A stretch of DNA of 63,346 nt, filler included, from Octopus bimaculoides (lineage: Eukaryota): assembly GCF_001194135.2 (NCBI RefSeq). It is 5 parts of 5 records of this genome, joined end to end, with 100 filler letters (N's around TTAATTAATTAA, not from the genome) between each part and the next. Parts side by side here need not be neighbours in the genome. Positions count along the whole stretch, not along the records: positions 14,862 to 28,865 come from NC_068993.1; positions 28,966 to 49,728 come from NC_068992.1; 3 more parts are not named here. One strand, 5' to 3'. The first letter of the stretch is position 1; each line of letters starts with the position of its first letter. Positions 26,620-39,329 of the stretch are shown in pieces. Made by a program: the position numbers and the translations under genes. The notes beneath the pieces were generated by a model. That model worked only from the letters and a program-made list of their open reading frames with translations. It was not told where the DNA came from and did not search any database.

Positions 26620-27475
26620 GATTGAATGTGGTGGCGCTGGTGGTGGCGGGCGGTGGTGTAGGTGGTAATGTTGGCGATGGTGGTGGTGGTTTTTATGGTG
26701 GCGGTAATTGCGGCGGTGGTGATGTTGATGGCAGTGCTATTGGCGGTGATGGTGGTGATGGTGTTGATGTTAGTGCTGGTGGGTGTGGTGGTGGTGGTGA
26801 TGAGATGGTTAGGTGTGCTGATGAAAGTTGTGTTTCAGGTATTAGTGGTAGTACTGTTGTTGTTGTTGTTGTGGTTGTTGTTGTTGTTGGTGGTGGTGAT
26901 GGTAATGGCGCTGGTAGGCTTCTCTGTTGGTGGTAGTGTTAGTGGTTGTGGTGATCGCAGCGGTGGTCGTATGGGTATTAGCTATGGTGGCGGTGGTAGT
27001 AGTGGTGTCGTTGGTGGTGGTAGTGGTAGTAGTGGTTGTAGGTGGCAGTGGTGGTATTCGTGCTAGTGGTATTGATGCTAGTGATTATGGTGCTGATGGT
27101 AGGTGGTAGTATGGTGGTAGTACGGTGGTAGTATAGTGGTATTGTAGGTGGTTTAGTGATAAAGTTAGGGCTGCTATTTGCAGTGACGGAGGTGGTGGTA
27201 GTGGTTGGTGGTAGTGCATGGGTATGTGGCTGCGGTGGTAGTAGTGATAGTGGTGGTAGCAGATGTAGATGTGGCTGTGTTGGTGGTACTAGTGGTGGTC
27301 GCGTTTGTTGTGGTGGTTGCAGTAGTGGTGGCGATGGAGATGGTGAAGGTGGTGGCACTTGTGGTGGCACTGGTACTAGTGGTAGTAGTAGTAGTGGTAC
27401 TAGTAGCGGTGGTGGTGATGGCACTGGTGGTAGTGGTGGTGGTCATCGTAATGGTGGGCGATGCGATGAAGATGG
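26620..27475. repeat. Degenerate (GGT/GTT/GAT)n low-complexity tract
   Basis: Triplet-periodic G/T-rich run giving Gly/Val-rich ORFs on + and Pro/Thr/His-rich ORFs on -. No splice-supported structure found. Confidence 0.85.
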
Positions 27476-28602
27476 AAATAAAAGTGAAAGTGACGGCGTG
27501 TTTATGCATATAAGCGATGTAGGGTGCGTGTGTGTACATATATATACATACATATTTATATACATACATACATACATACATACATACATACATACGTACG
27601 TACGTACATGCGTAGGCNNNNNNNNNNNNNNNNNNNNNNNNNNNNNNNNNNNNNNNNNNNNNNNNNNNNNNNNNNNNNNNNNNNNNNNNNNNNNNNNNNN
27701 NNNNNNNNNNNNNNNNNNNNNNNNNNNNNNNNNNNNNNNNNNNNNNNNNNNNNNNNNNNNNNNNNNNNNNNNNNNNNNNNNNNNNNNNNNNNNNNNNNNN
27801 NNNNNNNNNNNNNNNNNNNNNNNNNNNNNNNNNNNNNNNNNNNNNNNNNNNNNNNNNNNNNNNNNNNNNNNNNNNNNNNNNNNNNNNNNNNNNNNNNNNN
27901 NNNNNNNNNNNNNNNNNNNNNNNNNNNNNNNNNNNNNNNNNNNNNNNNNNNNNNNNNNNNNNNNNNNNNNNNNNNNNNNNNNNNNNNNNNNNNNNNNNNN
28001 NNNNNNNNNNNNNNNNNNNNNNNNNNNNNNNNNNNNNNNNNNNNNNNNNNNNNNNNNNNNNNNNNNNNNNNNNNNNNNNNNNNNNNNNNNNNNNNNNNNN
28101 NNNNNNNNNNNNNNNNNNNNNNNNNNNNNNNNNNNNNNNNNNNNNNNNNNNNNNNNNNNNNNNNNNNNNNNNNNNNNNNNNNNNNNNNNNNNNNNNNNNN
28201 NNNNNNNNNNNNNNNNNNNNNNNNNNNNNNNNNNNNNNNNNNNNNNNNNNNNNNNNNNNNNNNNNNNNNNNNNNTATATGTATGCATATTAGTGTTCAGC
28301 TGGTGTCAAGGTCGTCGTATCCTAGCTGCTTCTCAAATACCGCAGTGGAGCTGGGCAGTAGAGACAGACTGAGGTTCTGTATATATAAATACATACATAC
28401 GCAAATAGCATACACACGCATACACATACACCCACATACATACATACATACATACATACATACATACGTACGTACGTACATGCGTAGGCATAAAGGCACA
28501 CATAAAATACGCAGACATACTTATACACATGCATGCGTATATATAAACGTATATGAATTGCTACGAATACTAACGTAAGAAATCTCCGTTCTGCAATTCT
28601 GC

Positions 28603-28640
<38 letters not shown>

Positions 28641-28805
28641 ATACACATACGCATATACACATACACACGCGCGCGTGCGCACACACAGGGGCGCATGCAC
28701 GCACATACGCATACATACACACATACATATACATAGCCATACACAAGCACACGCGAACACGCAGACGTACGTACATACACTTATATACGTACACATAGAA
28801 ATACA

Positions 28806-28865
<60 letters not shown>

Positions 28866-28965
28866 NNNNNNNNNNNNNNNNNNNNNNNNNNNNNNNNNNN
28901 NNNNNNNNNTTAATTAATTAANNNNNNNNNNNNNNNNNNNNNNNNNNNNNNNNNNNNNNNNNNNN
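28866..28965. other. Artificial scaffold-joining spacer
   Basis: 44 N + TTAATTAATTAA (28910-28921) + 44 N. Confidence 0.95.
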
Positions 28966-29049
28966 ATATATTAAGCACTTTTTGGTACACTTGGATGTGG
29001 GAAGACCTTCCACTATGGAAATAATCCTGTGAATAAATTCTTCTCACAG

Positions 29050-29095
29050 AAAAATGTGTGAAAACCCATTGGGCTATGAAGGATTTTCTCGGGTG
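29050..29095 (+). CDS. Unidentified gene X, candidate exon 1 (KMCENPLGYEGFSRV)
   Basis: ttcttctcacAG|...GTG|GTAGGA. Ends in phase 0, compatible with the next exon. Confidence 0.4.
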
Positions 29096-29539
29096 GTAGG
29101 ATGCATGCATTTCTGCATCCTTGCTTGTCATCAGTTACTAATATTCGTTTTTCATAGCCCTGTTCAGATAACAATAAATAGTACATTTACTGATGCACAT
29201 TAAGCTTATCCAAGCTAGAATAAATAACTGAGTCACATCAAACAGTGTTGAAAAATATATAATTGCATATGACCATATTTAACGAATAATTATTTTACAG
29301 TTTAAATTTTAATCATTATCTTGTACAAGTTTAATTAAACATGGAACAGAATTACACTGTCTCACAAAAATAAAATGAATGGTGCAATAAAAATGAGAAA
29401 AGTATTTTGGCGAAATATTGATGATAAAAATGAAGTTCAAAATGACAAGAATTGCCCTTATATCAATGTAGGTGTTTGCATTAATTTAAATATATAATAA
29501 ACTAATTAACTTAAAGTGTATTGTTTCATAATTTTTCAG

Positions 29540-29633
29540 GTTGTCCCGACAAAAGTATTTAATGGAGAAGAATATGGTTGTACTAACCAATACAAGACAG
29601 CCTGGGCTAAATATTCATGCAGACTACAGGAAA
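29540..29633 (+). CDS. Unidentified gene X, exon (VVPTKVFNGEEYGCTNQYKTAWAKYSCRLQE)
   Basis: aatttttcAG|G...GAAA|GTAAGA, strong signals at both ends. Phase 0 to 1. Confidence 0.62.
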
Positions 29634-29774
29634 GTAAGATTTTATTGAACAACTAAACCAATCACACACACACACACACATATATATATATCTTTTTTTG
29701 CTAACATGTAGGTGAAACATGACAATATTAAGTCAAACATGATTAAAAGAAAGAGCTTTTTTATAAAATTATAG

Positions 29775-30028
29775 ATTCTTTAGACACAGGGCTACTCACT
29801 GTCAATCGTTGGCAGCTGAGAATTATTTCTCCTGAAAAACACGAGCAAACTTTCTTTGTAGAAATTATGCAAGGCACATCATCTTCTTTCTCTAGAGGTT
29901 TACATTGGGAAAATCTCTGTGAATATGGATATGACTGTGTTGACCATTTCGATTTGAAGACGTATGAAGATAATGAAATAACAAGCTTAAAACTGCATTC
30001 TTTGCATGAACTTTTCAAAGTCAATAAT
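29775..30028 (+). CDS. Unidentified gene X, exon (NSLDTGLLTVNRWQLRIISPEKHEQTFFVEIMQG...LHWENLCEYGYDCVDHFDLKTYEDNEITSLKLHSLHELFKVNN)
   Basis: attatAG| acceptor. A 254-bp stop-free frame in very AT-rich DNA, phase 1 in. The donor AAT|GTAAAA is weak, so read-through to TAA at 30058 is an alternative. Confidence 0.58.
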
Positions 30029-31266
30029 GTAAAAAAATATTTTATTAACCCATTTTAAAATATCTAATGATGATAGGGAAGCAAATGGCATAATTTATGT
30101 TAGTGAATTTGAGATTTCAAAATGACTGGGTTCAAAATACTAGTAGAGCCAACTTGAAAATCTTTTCTGAAAATATTTATAGACCTTCCCCTCCACCACT
30201 AAATAACCCATCCTATTACCTTTCAAGTCTGTGTTGTCTTTTTTTCACAACCTTGTTAATTTTTTCTCTGTTCCCTCCTTTATTCCCCCAAACCTCCCAT
30301 CTGATGATGATGATGATGNNNNNNNNNNNNNNNNNNNNNNNNNNNNNNNNNNNNNNNNNNNNNNNNNNNNNNNNNNNNNNNNNNNNNNNNNNNNNNNNNN
30401 NNNNNNNNNNNNNNNNNNNNNNNNNNNNNNNNNNNNNNNNNNNNNNNNNNNNNNNNNNNNNNNNNNNNNNNNNNNNNNNNNNNNNNNNNNNNNNNNNNNN
30501 NNNNNNNNNNNNNNNNNNNNNNNNNNNNNNNNNNNNNNNNNNNNNNNNNNNNNNNNNNNNNNNNNNNNNNNNNNNNNNNNNNNNNNNNNNNNNNNNNNNN
30601 NNNNNNNNNNNNNNNNNNNNNNNNNNNNNNNNNNNNNNNNNNNNNNNNNNNNNNNNNNNNNNNNNNNNNNNNNNNNNNNNNNNNNNNNNNNNNNNNNNNN
30701 NNNNNNNNNNNNNNNNNNNNNNNNNNNNNNNNNNNNNNNNNNNNNNNNNNNNNNNNNNNNNNNNNNNNNNNNNNNNNNNNNNNNNNNNNNNNNNNNNNNN
30801 NNNNNNNNNNNNNNNNNNNNNNNNNNNNNNNNNNNNNNNNNNNNNNNNNNNNNNNNNNNNNNNNNNNNNNNNNNNNNNNNNNNNNNNNNNNNNNNNNCTA
30901 ATCAATGGATTTCAATGATACGAGTCATATCCTGTGCCACTGGTTTGTGTCCCTAGTGATGAGGTGCATTTTTAAGCGGTTCACGGACGAGTGGTTTACA
31001 AGTGGTTAAGAGTGAATTAGGATCAAAAATGCTAATCACATGTTTGATGGATATTTCTGGACAGGAGAATCTATATATTGAACTGATATAAATATTATTG
31101 GAGGGGCATGGAAAGAATTTAATGTCTCTCCCCTACAAAACGTAAAGACAAATAGAGAGTGCTAGGACGAATAAGATCAACACCTTAACAAAGAACTGAA
31201 GGAACTCAAAATCAATACTCAATCAGCTGAGTTTGTGTAAATAATATTTCAAATCTATCATTTCAG

Positions 31267-31366
31267 ATGAGTTTGAGGAATGACGACTCAGTGTATAAAT
31301 TCAAAGCAAGAAAAGAAATCAAAACTGAGAATCACTTGGTGACAGAATATATTCCAATAACAAAAG
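31267..31366 (+). CDS. Unidentified gene X, exon (MSLRNDDSVYKFKARKEIKTENHLVTEYIPITK)
   Basis: ctatcatttcAG|ATG, phase 0 in. Donor AAAG|GTGTGT is uncertain; the frame otherwise runs to a stop at ~31398. Confidence 0.55.
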
Positions 31367-31527
31367 GTGTGTGGTATACGAAAACATGTCTTGTTTAAAT
31401 ATTGTGAATTTTAAATGTCAAACATCAACATCAGTAAAAATGAAGGCACACATGCACACACAGAGATAGACATACACACATATTTTCATCACATATACAC
31501 AAACATCACATATAATGCCAACCACTC

Positions 31528-32080
31528 CAAGAGTGTAGTGGGTGCTTTTATGTGCCACCGGCATGAAGGCCAGTCAGGCAGTACTGGCAATGGCCACACT
31601 CAAAATGGTGTATTTTATGTGCCACCTGCACAGGAGCCAGTCCAGCGGCACTAGCAATGACCTCACTCGAATGTCTTTTCACGTGCCACTGGCACGGGTA
31701 GTGGGAAGGCGACGCTGGTAACAATCAAGCTCAAATGGTGCTATTTACATGCCACTGAAATGGAAGCCAGACAGCTGCTCTGGCAACGATCACGCTCGGA
31801 TGGTGCTCTTAGCACTCCACTGGTACAGGTGCCATCATAATTTCGGTTTCACTTGCTCCAACAGGTCTTCGCAAGCTGAGTTAAGTGTCCAATGAAGGAG
31901 ACGTTGGCATGGGTGCCTGTTGTCGAATTTAGTTCGATTTCGATTTCACTTGCCTCAACAGGTTTTCACAAGTGGAGTTTAGTGTCCAATGAAGGAAAGG
32001 TATGCATAAGTGGGCTGGCTACTCCCCTGGCAGAGGCCTTGGATTATGGTCTCACTTGGCTTGCCAGGTCCTCTCGTGCA
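31528..32080 (-). repeat. Dispersed repeat built of ~65-75-bp and ~100-bp tandem subunits carrying the GTGCCA(C/G)TGGCAC core
   Basis: gtgccaccggcat, gtgccacctgcac, gtgccactggcac (31683) and atgccactgaaat cores. Duplicated ttcacttgc..caacagg...gtgtccaatgaagga segment. Confidence 0.65.
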
Positions 32081-32089
32081 CAGCAGTGT

Positions 32090-32275
32090 TGAGGGGTACA
32101 TTCTTCACCAAGGAAGGTTTTGGCATTTATAAGCCATCCTCTTTCTCTATTTCTGGTGAGGATGTAGTCGATTTGGCTAGTGTGTCTGCCAGAACGGTAG
32201 GTGACAAAGTGACAGGCAGGTTTCCTGAAGTTGGTATTGCAAACCATCACAGAACTCCAGCAGTCTGGTTCCCTC

Positions 32276-32278
<3 letters not shown>
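32090..32278 (-). mobile_element. RTE-type LINE AP-endonuclease C-terminal fragment
   Basis: EGTRLLEFCD / VCNTNFRKPACHFVTYRSGRHTSQIDYILTR...NAKTFLGEECTPQH (IDYIL and H motifs of APE). Confidence 0.85.
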
Positions 32279-32372
<94 letters not shown>

Positions 32373-33800
32373 ATGCTAAGTAGATACATACATGTAAATA
32401 TGTATTGAAAATAAAAGGAAAACGACTATATGTTTGCAGGACTTTATAATGGGGAACAGAAAGAAAATATGAAATGAAAGGAAAAAAAAATGACAAAAAT
32501 TAAATCAAACTTTCATAGGAATCAGTTGTAGAAGTTGATATAGTTTCCTTATAAAGATCACATGATGTTTTATATTTTTGTCCTGGTGATTGCAAGTTTG
32601 TTGCAGGTAGGTTTAATGGGAGTGAGACCTGCCCCATGCAAGTATGGAAAAAGGGAACATCCAAATGATGATGATGATGGTGGTGGTGGTGATGGTGCTG
32701 ATGATGATGATATCTATTCATCATTTGATCTTGTCATCAGCTATGTCTTTTGTCCAAGAATTTCTTCTTGATTGAATGGTGCCACCAAGTTCATGGAGAA
32801 ACAGCATCGGTCTTTTCAAGTCAATAATAATGTTTCAGTGTTTCAGAGTTATTTTTTTTTTTAATTTTTACTTTTTTTCTTATTATTACTTTTTTAAAAT
32901 TTTTAGTGAAAATCCATCCTGACAAAACAGCTCACAATCTGAAAATAGGTAATTATTTTTATCGTTTGTAAATTTTTCATTTTGCAACCACATGGTATTG
33001 TGTTCAATCCAGCTGCACAACACCATGGTCTGATCTGATAAACTCACTATAGCCCTGGACCGACAAACCAATGCACTACAAGTGAATTTTGTAATTATTC
33101 TCTGAGTATCACTGGAATGGTATCCACTTAATGTCTGGGTCACGTTCTATCATGGCTGTCTTAGCTATGGATATTAGCTAATGCCTCTCAAACAAGATTT
33201 TTATAACAGTAAGGAATCTTTTATTGAAATTCAAGTCTAAATTTGATTGACAGTTTAATAACTGTACCAAGAATGTCTGAATGAGTTTAACCCTAATCTT
33301 ATAATATTTCTATTCAAAAAATCTTCTTTGTTCAAATCTACTTTGAAAATAATGAAGAATTTAGCGAAATAAATTTGTCATTATGAACTTTGAAAATCGT
33401 ATTGAAAATTTTCCAAGTCATGTAATAATTCTGTGATAGAAAACAAGTGAATGATAGGAGAAGGCCTTACAGTTTTCTCCTTCTTTTTTTAGAGACTTCC
33501 TCATTTCCCTCCAAATGAATGTAAGTAAGGTTTGTGCATTTTCTCATGGTATTGTGTCATAGTGCAATGAAGAGGTCTAATAAGAACAAAACATATCTAG
33601 AGTTATCACCCATGCTTACCAATGACTTCCTATGGCATTTTTCCAATTTTTTTGTCCATTTTATTCTTGCAATTGTCTCTCTCAATTTTGACAGCATTTA
33701 TCATAAAACTAATTAATTTTTTAAATCACATTAGTAATTTTGAATGATGATCAATTTGGTTTTGACTATTACATTAAATATCTTAGCTTTCAGTTAAATA

Positions 33801-34528
33801 TATGATGAGGTACCCAAAAGAAACCGGAAATACTCTCTATAGGACAAATTCATNNNNNNNNNNNNNNNNNNNNNNNNNNNNNNNNNNNNNNNNNNNNNNN
33901 NNNNNNNNNNNNNNNNNNNNNNNNNNNNNNNNNNNNNNNNNNNNNNNNNNNNNNNNNNNNNNNNNNNNNNNNNNNNNNNNNNNNNNNNNNNNNNNNNNNN
34001 NNNNNNNNNNNNNNNNNNNNNNNNNNNNNNNNNNNNNNNNNNNNNNNNNNNNNNNNNNNNNNNNNNNNNNNNNNNNNNNNNNNNNNNNNNNNNNNNNNNN
34101 NNNNNNNNNNNNNNNNNNNNNNNNNNNNNNNNNNNNNNNNNNNNNNNNNNNNNNNNNNNNNNNNNNNNNNNNNNNNNNNNNNNNNNNNNNNNNNNNNNNT
34201 TGTGCCTCACTTGCTCAGAGAAGATCAAAAGAAGTCACAACTGAATGAATGTCATCAACTGAAAGAAAAGTTGCAAGTTGATCTGGACCTTTTTCCAAAG
34301 TTCATCACTGGTGATGAAAGCTGGTGCTACAGAATTTTGCAGATGCGGAAGAGGTGAAGAAAAAAATGACAGAGGTATTAAAAGGCTTCACTTTAGAAGA
34401 CTTCCAGGATTGCGTCTGGACTGATGCATTGCTTGAAATGGAGAATTACCTTGAGGGTGATAAACATGTAAAACTAAGTGAATAAAATAATATTGCAAAG
34501 TTCCAGTTTCTTTTGGGTACCCCCTCGC
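33801..34528 (+). mobile_element. Internally deleted mariner element
   Basis: TIRs ...GAGGTACCCAAAAGAAACCGGAA / TTCCAGTTTCTTTTGGGTACCCCCTCG. Interior reads VPHLLREDQKK...LFPKFITGDESWCY. Partly in an N gap. Confidence 0.85.
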
Positions 34529-34739
34529 ACATAAAATAATGCTTGACTGAGTGTCTTATTCTTTTCTTCTTTAGTTATTGGCCTCTTTGCAGCCTTCATG
34601 TTATTGTTGATCATCTTCATTGTCACTTTCTGTATCAGGTAAAACTTATATATTATTTATTTTTACTCTCATTTTATTTCCTTTGTGTGTGTGTGTGTAT
34701 GTGTGCCATTTTCCTACCATCTTTGTGCATGGCCATATT

Positions 34740-35640
34740 CTGCTCTCTCTCTAGCACATTCCACCTGTCTCTTCTCCCTTTCGCAGATAAACACCACTGT
34801 GGCCCTTTCATATTCTATTCTCTGATCCCAGAACCATGCCTATCTTTCTTGCACCAAGATGAGCAGCCCAGAAATCTTCCAGTAAGAAGCCCCACATTGG
34901 CCAACCCCAAGCATGCAGGCACTTATTAATGTGTTTGCCAATGATGCAAATCCTGTCTCTACATTAACAATACTACAACCATCACTGAGCCTAAGAGACA
35001 ACATCCTATTGCACAGAACTTCTAACCTTAAATATTGCATCACCTGCAAATTGTGTGACACCTTTGTGGCACATTGGGGAAGCAGGCTGACACCTTGCTG
35101 ATCACTACTGGGAGCATATTTAAAGCCTTCTACTTCATTTGCTGGGACAACCTGTCACCACCCCACATCTTCCTGGGTCTATCCCTTCTTCAGCTTCAGA
35201 TCAGTACTCCTTTATGCATCTGTCCTTGTCCATACACATCACATGATCATACCAGTGCAGTCTCCTCTCTTGCACACTACATCTGTTGCCGCTTATATCC
35301 AATATTTCTCTCAAATCACTTACACTCAGTTATACATGCACACAGACATTACCCATCCAGTGGAACATGCTGGCTTCATTCCTTTCAAGCATTCACATCT
35401 CCTTTGTAGCCACAACCCATGCTTCGCTGCCATGCAGCAAAGTTCTTCTTACACAGACATCATACATTCTGCCTTTCACTGTGATGGAGAGGCCCCTTGT
35501 GACAAACAAAGGTAGTATTTACCTGAAGTTTGCTCAGTCTATTCTTATTCTAGCCAGTAGGCTTTCAGAACATCCTCCTTCATTGCTAATTTGGGTACCT
35601 AGGTAACTGATGTTATCTACTGCATCTAAGAATTTCCCAG
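34740..35640 (-). mobile_element. RTE-type LINE 3' fragment
   Basis: LGTQISNEGGCSESLLARIR...KGRMYDVCVRRTLLHGSEAW...LERNEASMFHWM, with stops. Same family as 38780-39297. Confidence 0.85.
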
Positions 35641-36199
35641 ACATTTGAGGAAGCCTCTTCTGTACACACGCACAAACTCACCCTCNNNNNNNNNNNNNNN
35701 NNNNNNNNNNNNNNNNNNNNNNNNNNNNNNNNNNNNNNNNNNNNNNNNNNNNNNNNNNNNNNNNNNNNNNNNNNNNNNNNNNNNNNNNNNNNNNNNNNNN
35801 NNNNNNNNNNNNNNNNNNNNNNNNNNNNNNNNNNNNNNNNNNNNNNNNNNNNNNNNNNNNNNNNNNNNNNNNNNNNNNNNNNNNNNNNNNNNNNNNNNNN
35901 NNNNNNNNNNNNNNNNNNNNNNNNNNNNNAAAAGTGAGGACTCTACTCCCATGGAAGATGCCAAGTTAGCTGACACTTACTGATGAAATACCAGTCTCTC
36001 GACTGGAAGGCTCTAATGCTATATATTTTAAAATTTATTATTATTAAATTTATTAATCCAATTTACATTGAATATTTTTTTATCAATTACAATAAGTAAA
36101 AATTACAAAAAATTTTTTTCAGAAAATGCATAAAAAACCAGATTAAGCACTTTGGCAGCTTGGCTTGCTTGGGCAAGTTGGTAGGAGGTCAAAAAATAG

Positions 36200-37150
36200 A
36201 AAGGTCAATAATTGTATAAAAAAAAACAAACAAAAAAGATATATCCTTTGCATGCAAGCAAGGTAGTCATAAAGGTATATAAAAAGTAAATCTCCTTAAG
36301 TCTGGCAGCAACACAGTAAGAGAATTTTGAGTATATTAAAGAATAGTAAAGAATGAATCTAATATTTTCAGGACGAAGGTAAGAAATTCTATTTAACATA
36401 CCAAGAGTATGGGTATTTTGTTTTAATAAATTGCTTATATGTGTTTTGAAACCAAGGGACTCATCAATATGAATGCCGAGAAATTTTGTGGCTGTTACAT
36501 GTAAAATTGCTTTACCTGTGAGGAGGACATTAGGAAGAAGCTGTTTGGACTTTGTGGAGAAAAGCATGCAGCAGGGTTTTTTTAATTTTTATATTAAGAG
36601 TAAGCCAATTAGTGATAAGCCATTGATAAACCTTGTCCAGTTCTGAATTAATTGTATTGAATAGGGAGGGAAGGTCATGGTGACTAATAAAAACAGTAAA
36701 GTCATCAGCGAAATGTAGAAAATTCAATAAATTAGTAGAATTGCAAATATCATTTATGTAGATAAGGAACAGTAATGGGCCCAGTATGGACCCCTGGGGG
36801 ACTCCTATTTGATCTAGACATGATTCGGAAGTTGCTGAAGAATGATTAGGTAGTGTGACGAGGAGCAGAAAAAATGAAGAGTAAAAAGTATTTATAAATT
36901 GATTTCCAGTGTTAGGATTTAAGATGTTAAAATCACCAGATACAATGAGAGCATGGTGTGGATTACAGGAGGACAGAACATTTGATAGACACACATTAAA
37001 TTCATGGATGCTAGCATCAGGAGGTCGATAAACTCCTATTACAGTACATGTAGAGGAATTAATTGTTATTTTAACAGAACATATTTCAATATCATTATTA
37101 GAATAAATCCATGGTATGTTAGTGGGATTTCCTTTGTTTTTTTTAATTGG
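36200..37150 (-). mobile_element. CR1/L2-group LINE with a large in-frame internal deletion (APE joined to RT core)
   Basis: ORF 36530-37294 reads VIGVYRPP...IVSGDFN...SCLDQI|GVPQGSILGPLLFLIYIND...HFADD...WL..N.LTLN..K. Continues after a frameshift as KFLGIHID. Confidence 0.9.
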
Positions 37151-38057
37151 GAAAAAGTAGTGGAGACAAAAGATCGTTTGTCCTCCATTCCTGGAAAAGT
37201 GTGTGTGTGTGGGTGGGTGGGGGGTGGACTTGTCCCTTCGTTCCCACTTAAAACATGTCCACGCACACACAGGATGTTCAGCAAGTAGATGCAATCAGAA
37301 CACCTGCTATGTCCCTTCCTGTAAGCCATGACTTCATAGTCTTTGTTGCAGCTGTCCATGTTACAGCTTACAGCCTTCACGGTATTCACAGAACATTGAG
37401 CAGCAGTCATGATGTCAGTATTTTCATACCAAACATGAATTATCATGATACGAGTAACTCTTTTTCAATATTTAGATGGCTTCCAGTGCTCCATGTCTGA
37501 TAATTTTTTTTATCAACTTCAACTTTACTCTTTATGCTTTCCAATGCCATTAAATGATCACCAATACATCAAGCTCTTCTTGAAAGAAGGAGATATAAAA
37601 AAAAAAAAAATCATCAAATTAGCCTGAAGAAGTTTTTGTCCCAACCACATGATTCTGGCTTCAGTATGGTACCTTGAGCAAGTGTCTTCTTCTATAGCCT
37701 TGGGCTCACCAAAACCTTGGGAGTGGATTTGCTAGATGGAAACTGAAAGATGCCAAATACATGTCAGCATGGAAGATGGATGTTAAATGATGATGGTGAT
37801 GATGATGATGACTATGGTGATTGATCTATATGTGGTTGTCTTTGTGTCCGTTTGTCTCTCATCACTGATTGACAACTGGTGTTGTCGTGCTTATGTCCCT
37901 GTAACTTAGTGGTCCAACAAAAAGAGACTAATACAATAAATAGCAAACTTTAAAAGAAATAAGTACTGTAGTTAATTCATCCGACTACAATTCTTCAAGG
38001 TGGTTGCCTAACATGGCTGCAGTCTAATGACTGAAATAATAAAAGTTAGAAAGTAAA

Positions 38058-38094
<37 letters not shown>

Positions 38095-38779
38095 ATAAGC
38101 TTTTTCCGGTTTCTATGTAACAAATCCACTCACAAGGCTTGAGGTACTGCACAGAAAGATTGAACTCTCGATCACATGGTTTGGAAGCAAGCTTCTTAAC
38201 TACACAGTCATACCTATGTCTATTGTGTGTATGTATGTATGGATGTGTGTATGTTTATATATTATGCATACATATATGCATTGTTCTCACCACCAATATC
38301 TTAATGTTTTTATTACATGAATATTTAGATGTTTAAAACACACACCAAAAAATAATTGATTCTATGTTATTGTATTAGTTTGTCCTTCATTATCAATTTT
38401 CATACTAGCAAAAGTAAGTAAGTAAAAGTAATTTGTTGGGCTGGATAGATTTTTAGATTATTAAATTTTATAATACTTTAGGTTTGACTTATACACTAGA
38501 AGATTAATTTTTATCCCAGTGATTATCAATTAGATAGATTTAGAGAAGGGTGTGTGCTACTTAAATCCTTCACTCAGATTCAAGTATTATTCTTATGAGT
38601 ATGTATATACTTACATATTTACATGCATTTAAAATTTAAAGAAAGCATTAGAACTTAGATGTCATACAAATGGAGCTCTATAAAATAAGTATTAGACTGA
38701 AACAAACACTGAGATTGATATGATTGAAGGCTGTACTACAATAGGAAAAGCACAAGAGGAAAAATGATGGATAAGGTTC

Positions 38780-39297
38780 CATCACTGTTTTCCTCTGAGT
38801 CACTCTCTGGCTCTGGAACCTTTTTTCTACAGGTTCCCTCCACAGTTAGAGATTGGCACATCTTCACGCAACTGTCCTTGTCCTTGTCCATACACATCAC
38901 ATGACCATACCAGTGCAGTTGTCTTTCTTGCACACCATACCTGATGCCTCTTGTGCCCAACTTTTCTTTCAAGATGCTTACACTCTGTCACATATGCACA
39001 CTGACATTGCACATCCAGCGAAGCATACTAGCTTCATTTCTTTCAAGCCTTTGCATGTCCTCAGCAGTTACAGCCCATGTTTCACTGCCATGTAGCATGA
39101 CTGTTTGCACACAGGCATCATACAATCTGCCTTTCACTCTGAGGGAGAGGCCTTTTGTTACCAACAGAAGTAGGAGCTCTCTGAACTTTGCCCAGCCTAT
39201 TCTTATTCTAGCAGCTACGCTCTCAGAGCCTCCACCTCCACTACTGACTTGGTCACCTAGGTAACAGAAGCCATCAACTACTAGTTTTCCCCACTGG
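38780..39297 (-). mobile_element. RTE-type LINE 3' fragment
   Basis: FCYLGDQVSSGGGGSESVAARIRIGWAKFREL...KGRLYDACVQTVMLHGSETW...RLERNEASMLRWMC. Confidence 0.9.
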
Positions 39298-39329
39298 CAT
39301 TTGATGGAGTCTATTTTCTGTACAAATGT

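Noticed and set aside
26622-27593. Gly/Cys-rich or Pro/Thr-rich (mucin-, keratin- or suckerin-like) proteins
   Set aside because: ORFs are open in several frames on both strands because of degenerate GGT triplets. No signal peptide, ordered modules or splice sites.
28981-29010. P-loop-like GTLGCGKT on the + strand
   Set aside because: The frame is bounded by stops at 28972 and ~29059, has no preceding hydrophobic strand, and has no good donor.
29541-29633. Alternative frame LSRQKYLMEKNMVV...HADYRK joined to MSLRNDDSVYKF, faintly like the DEP domain of R7 RGS proteins next to a G-gamma-like exon
   Set aside because: The similarity is confined to a few residues, and FQTPYFW-type and RGS-box exons are absent. 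The other frame chains with two more exons. The G-gamma has its own ATG after an in-frame stop and ends in CaaX.
33493-33520. 28-bp candidate exon (tttttttAG|AGACTTCC...GAAT|GTAAGT) as a continuation of gene X
   Set aside because: Good splice signals, but joining it to the most likely upstream donor (phase 1) gives a stop after 8 codons. It cannot be placed without transcript data.
35979-36010. Hammerhead-like CTGATGA followed by a CCAGTC/GACTGG hairpin
   Set aside because: No GAAA box (GAAG at best), extra unpaired bases after the core, and no stem I/III.
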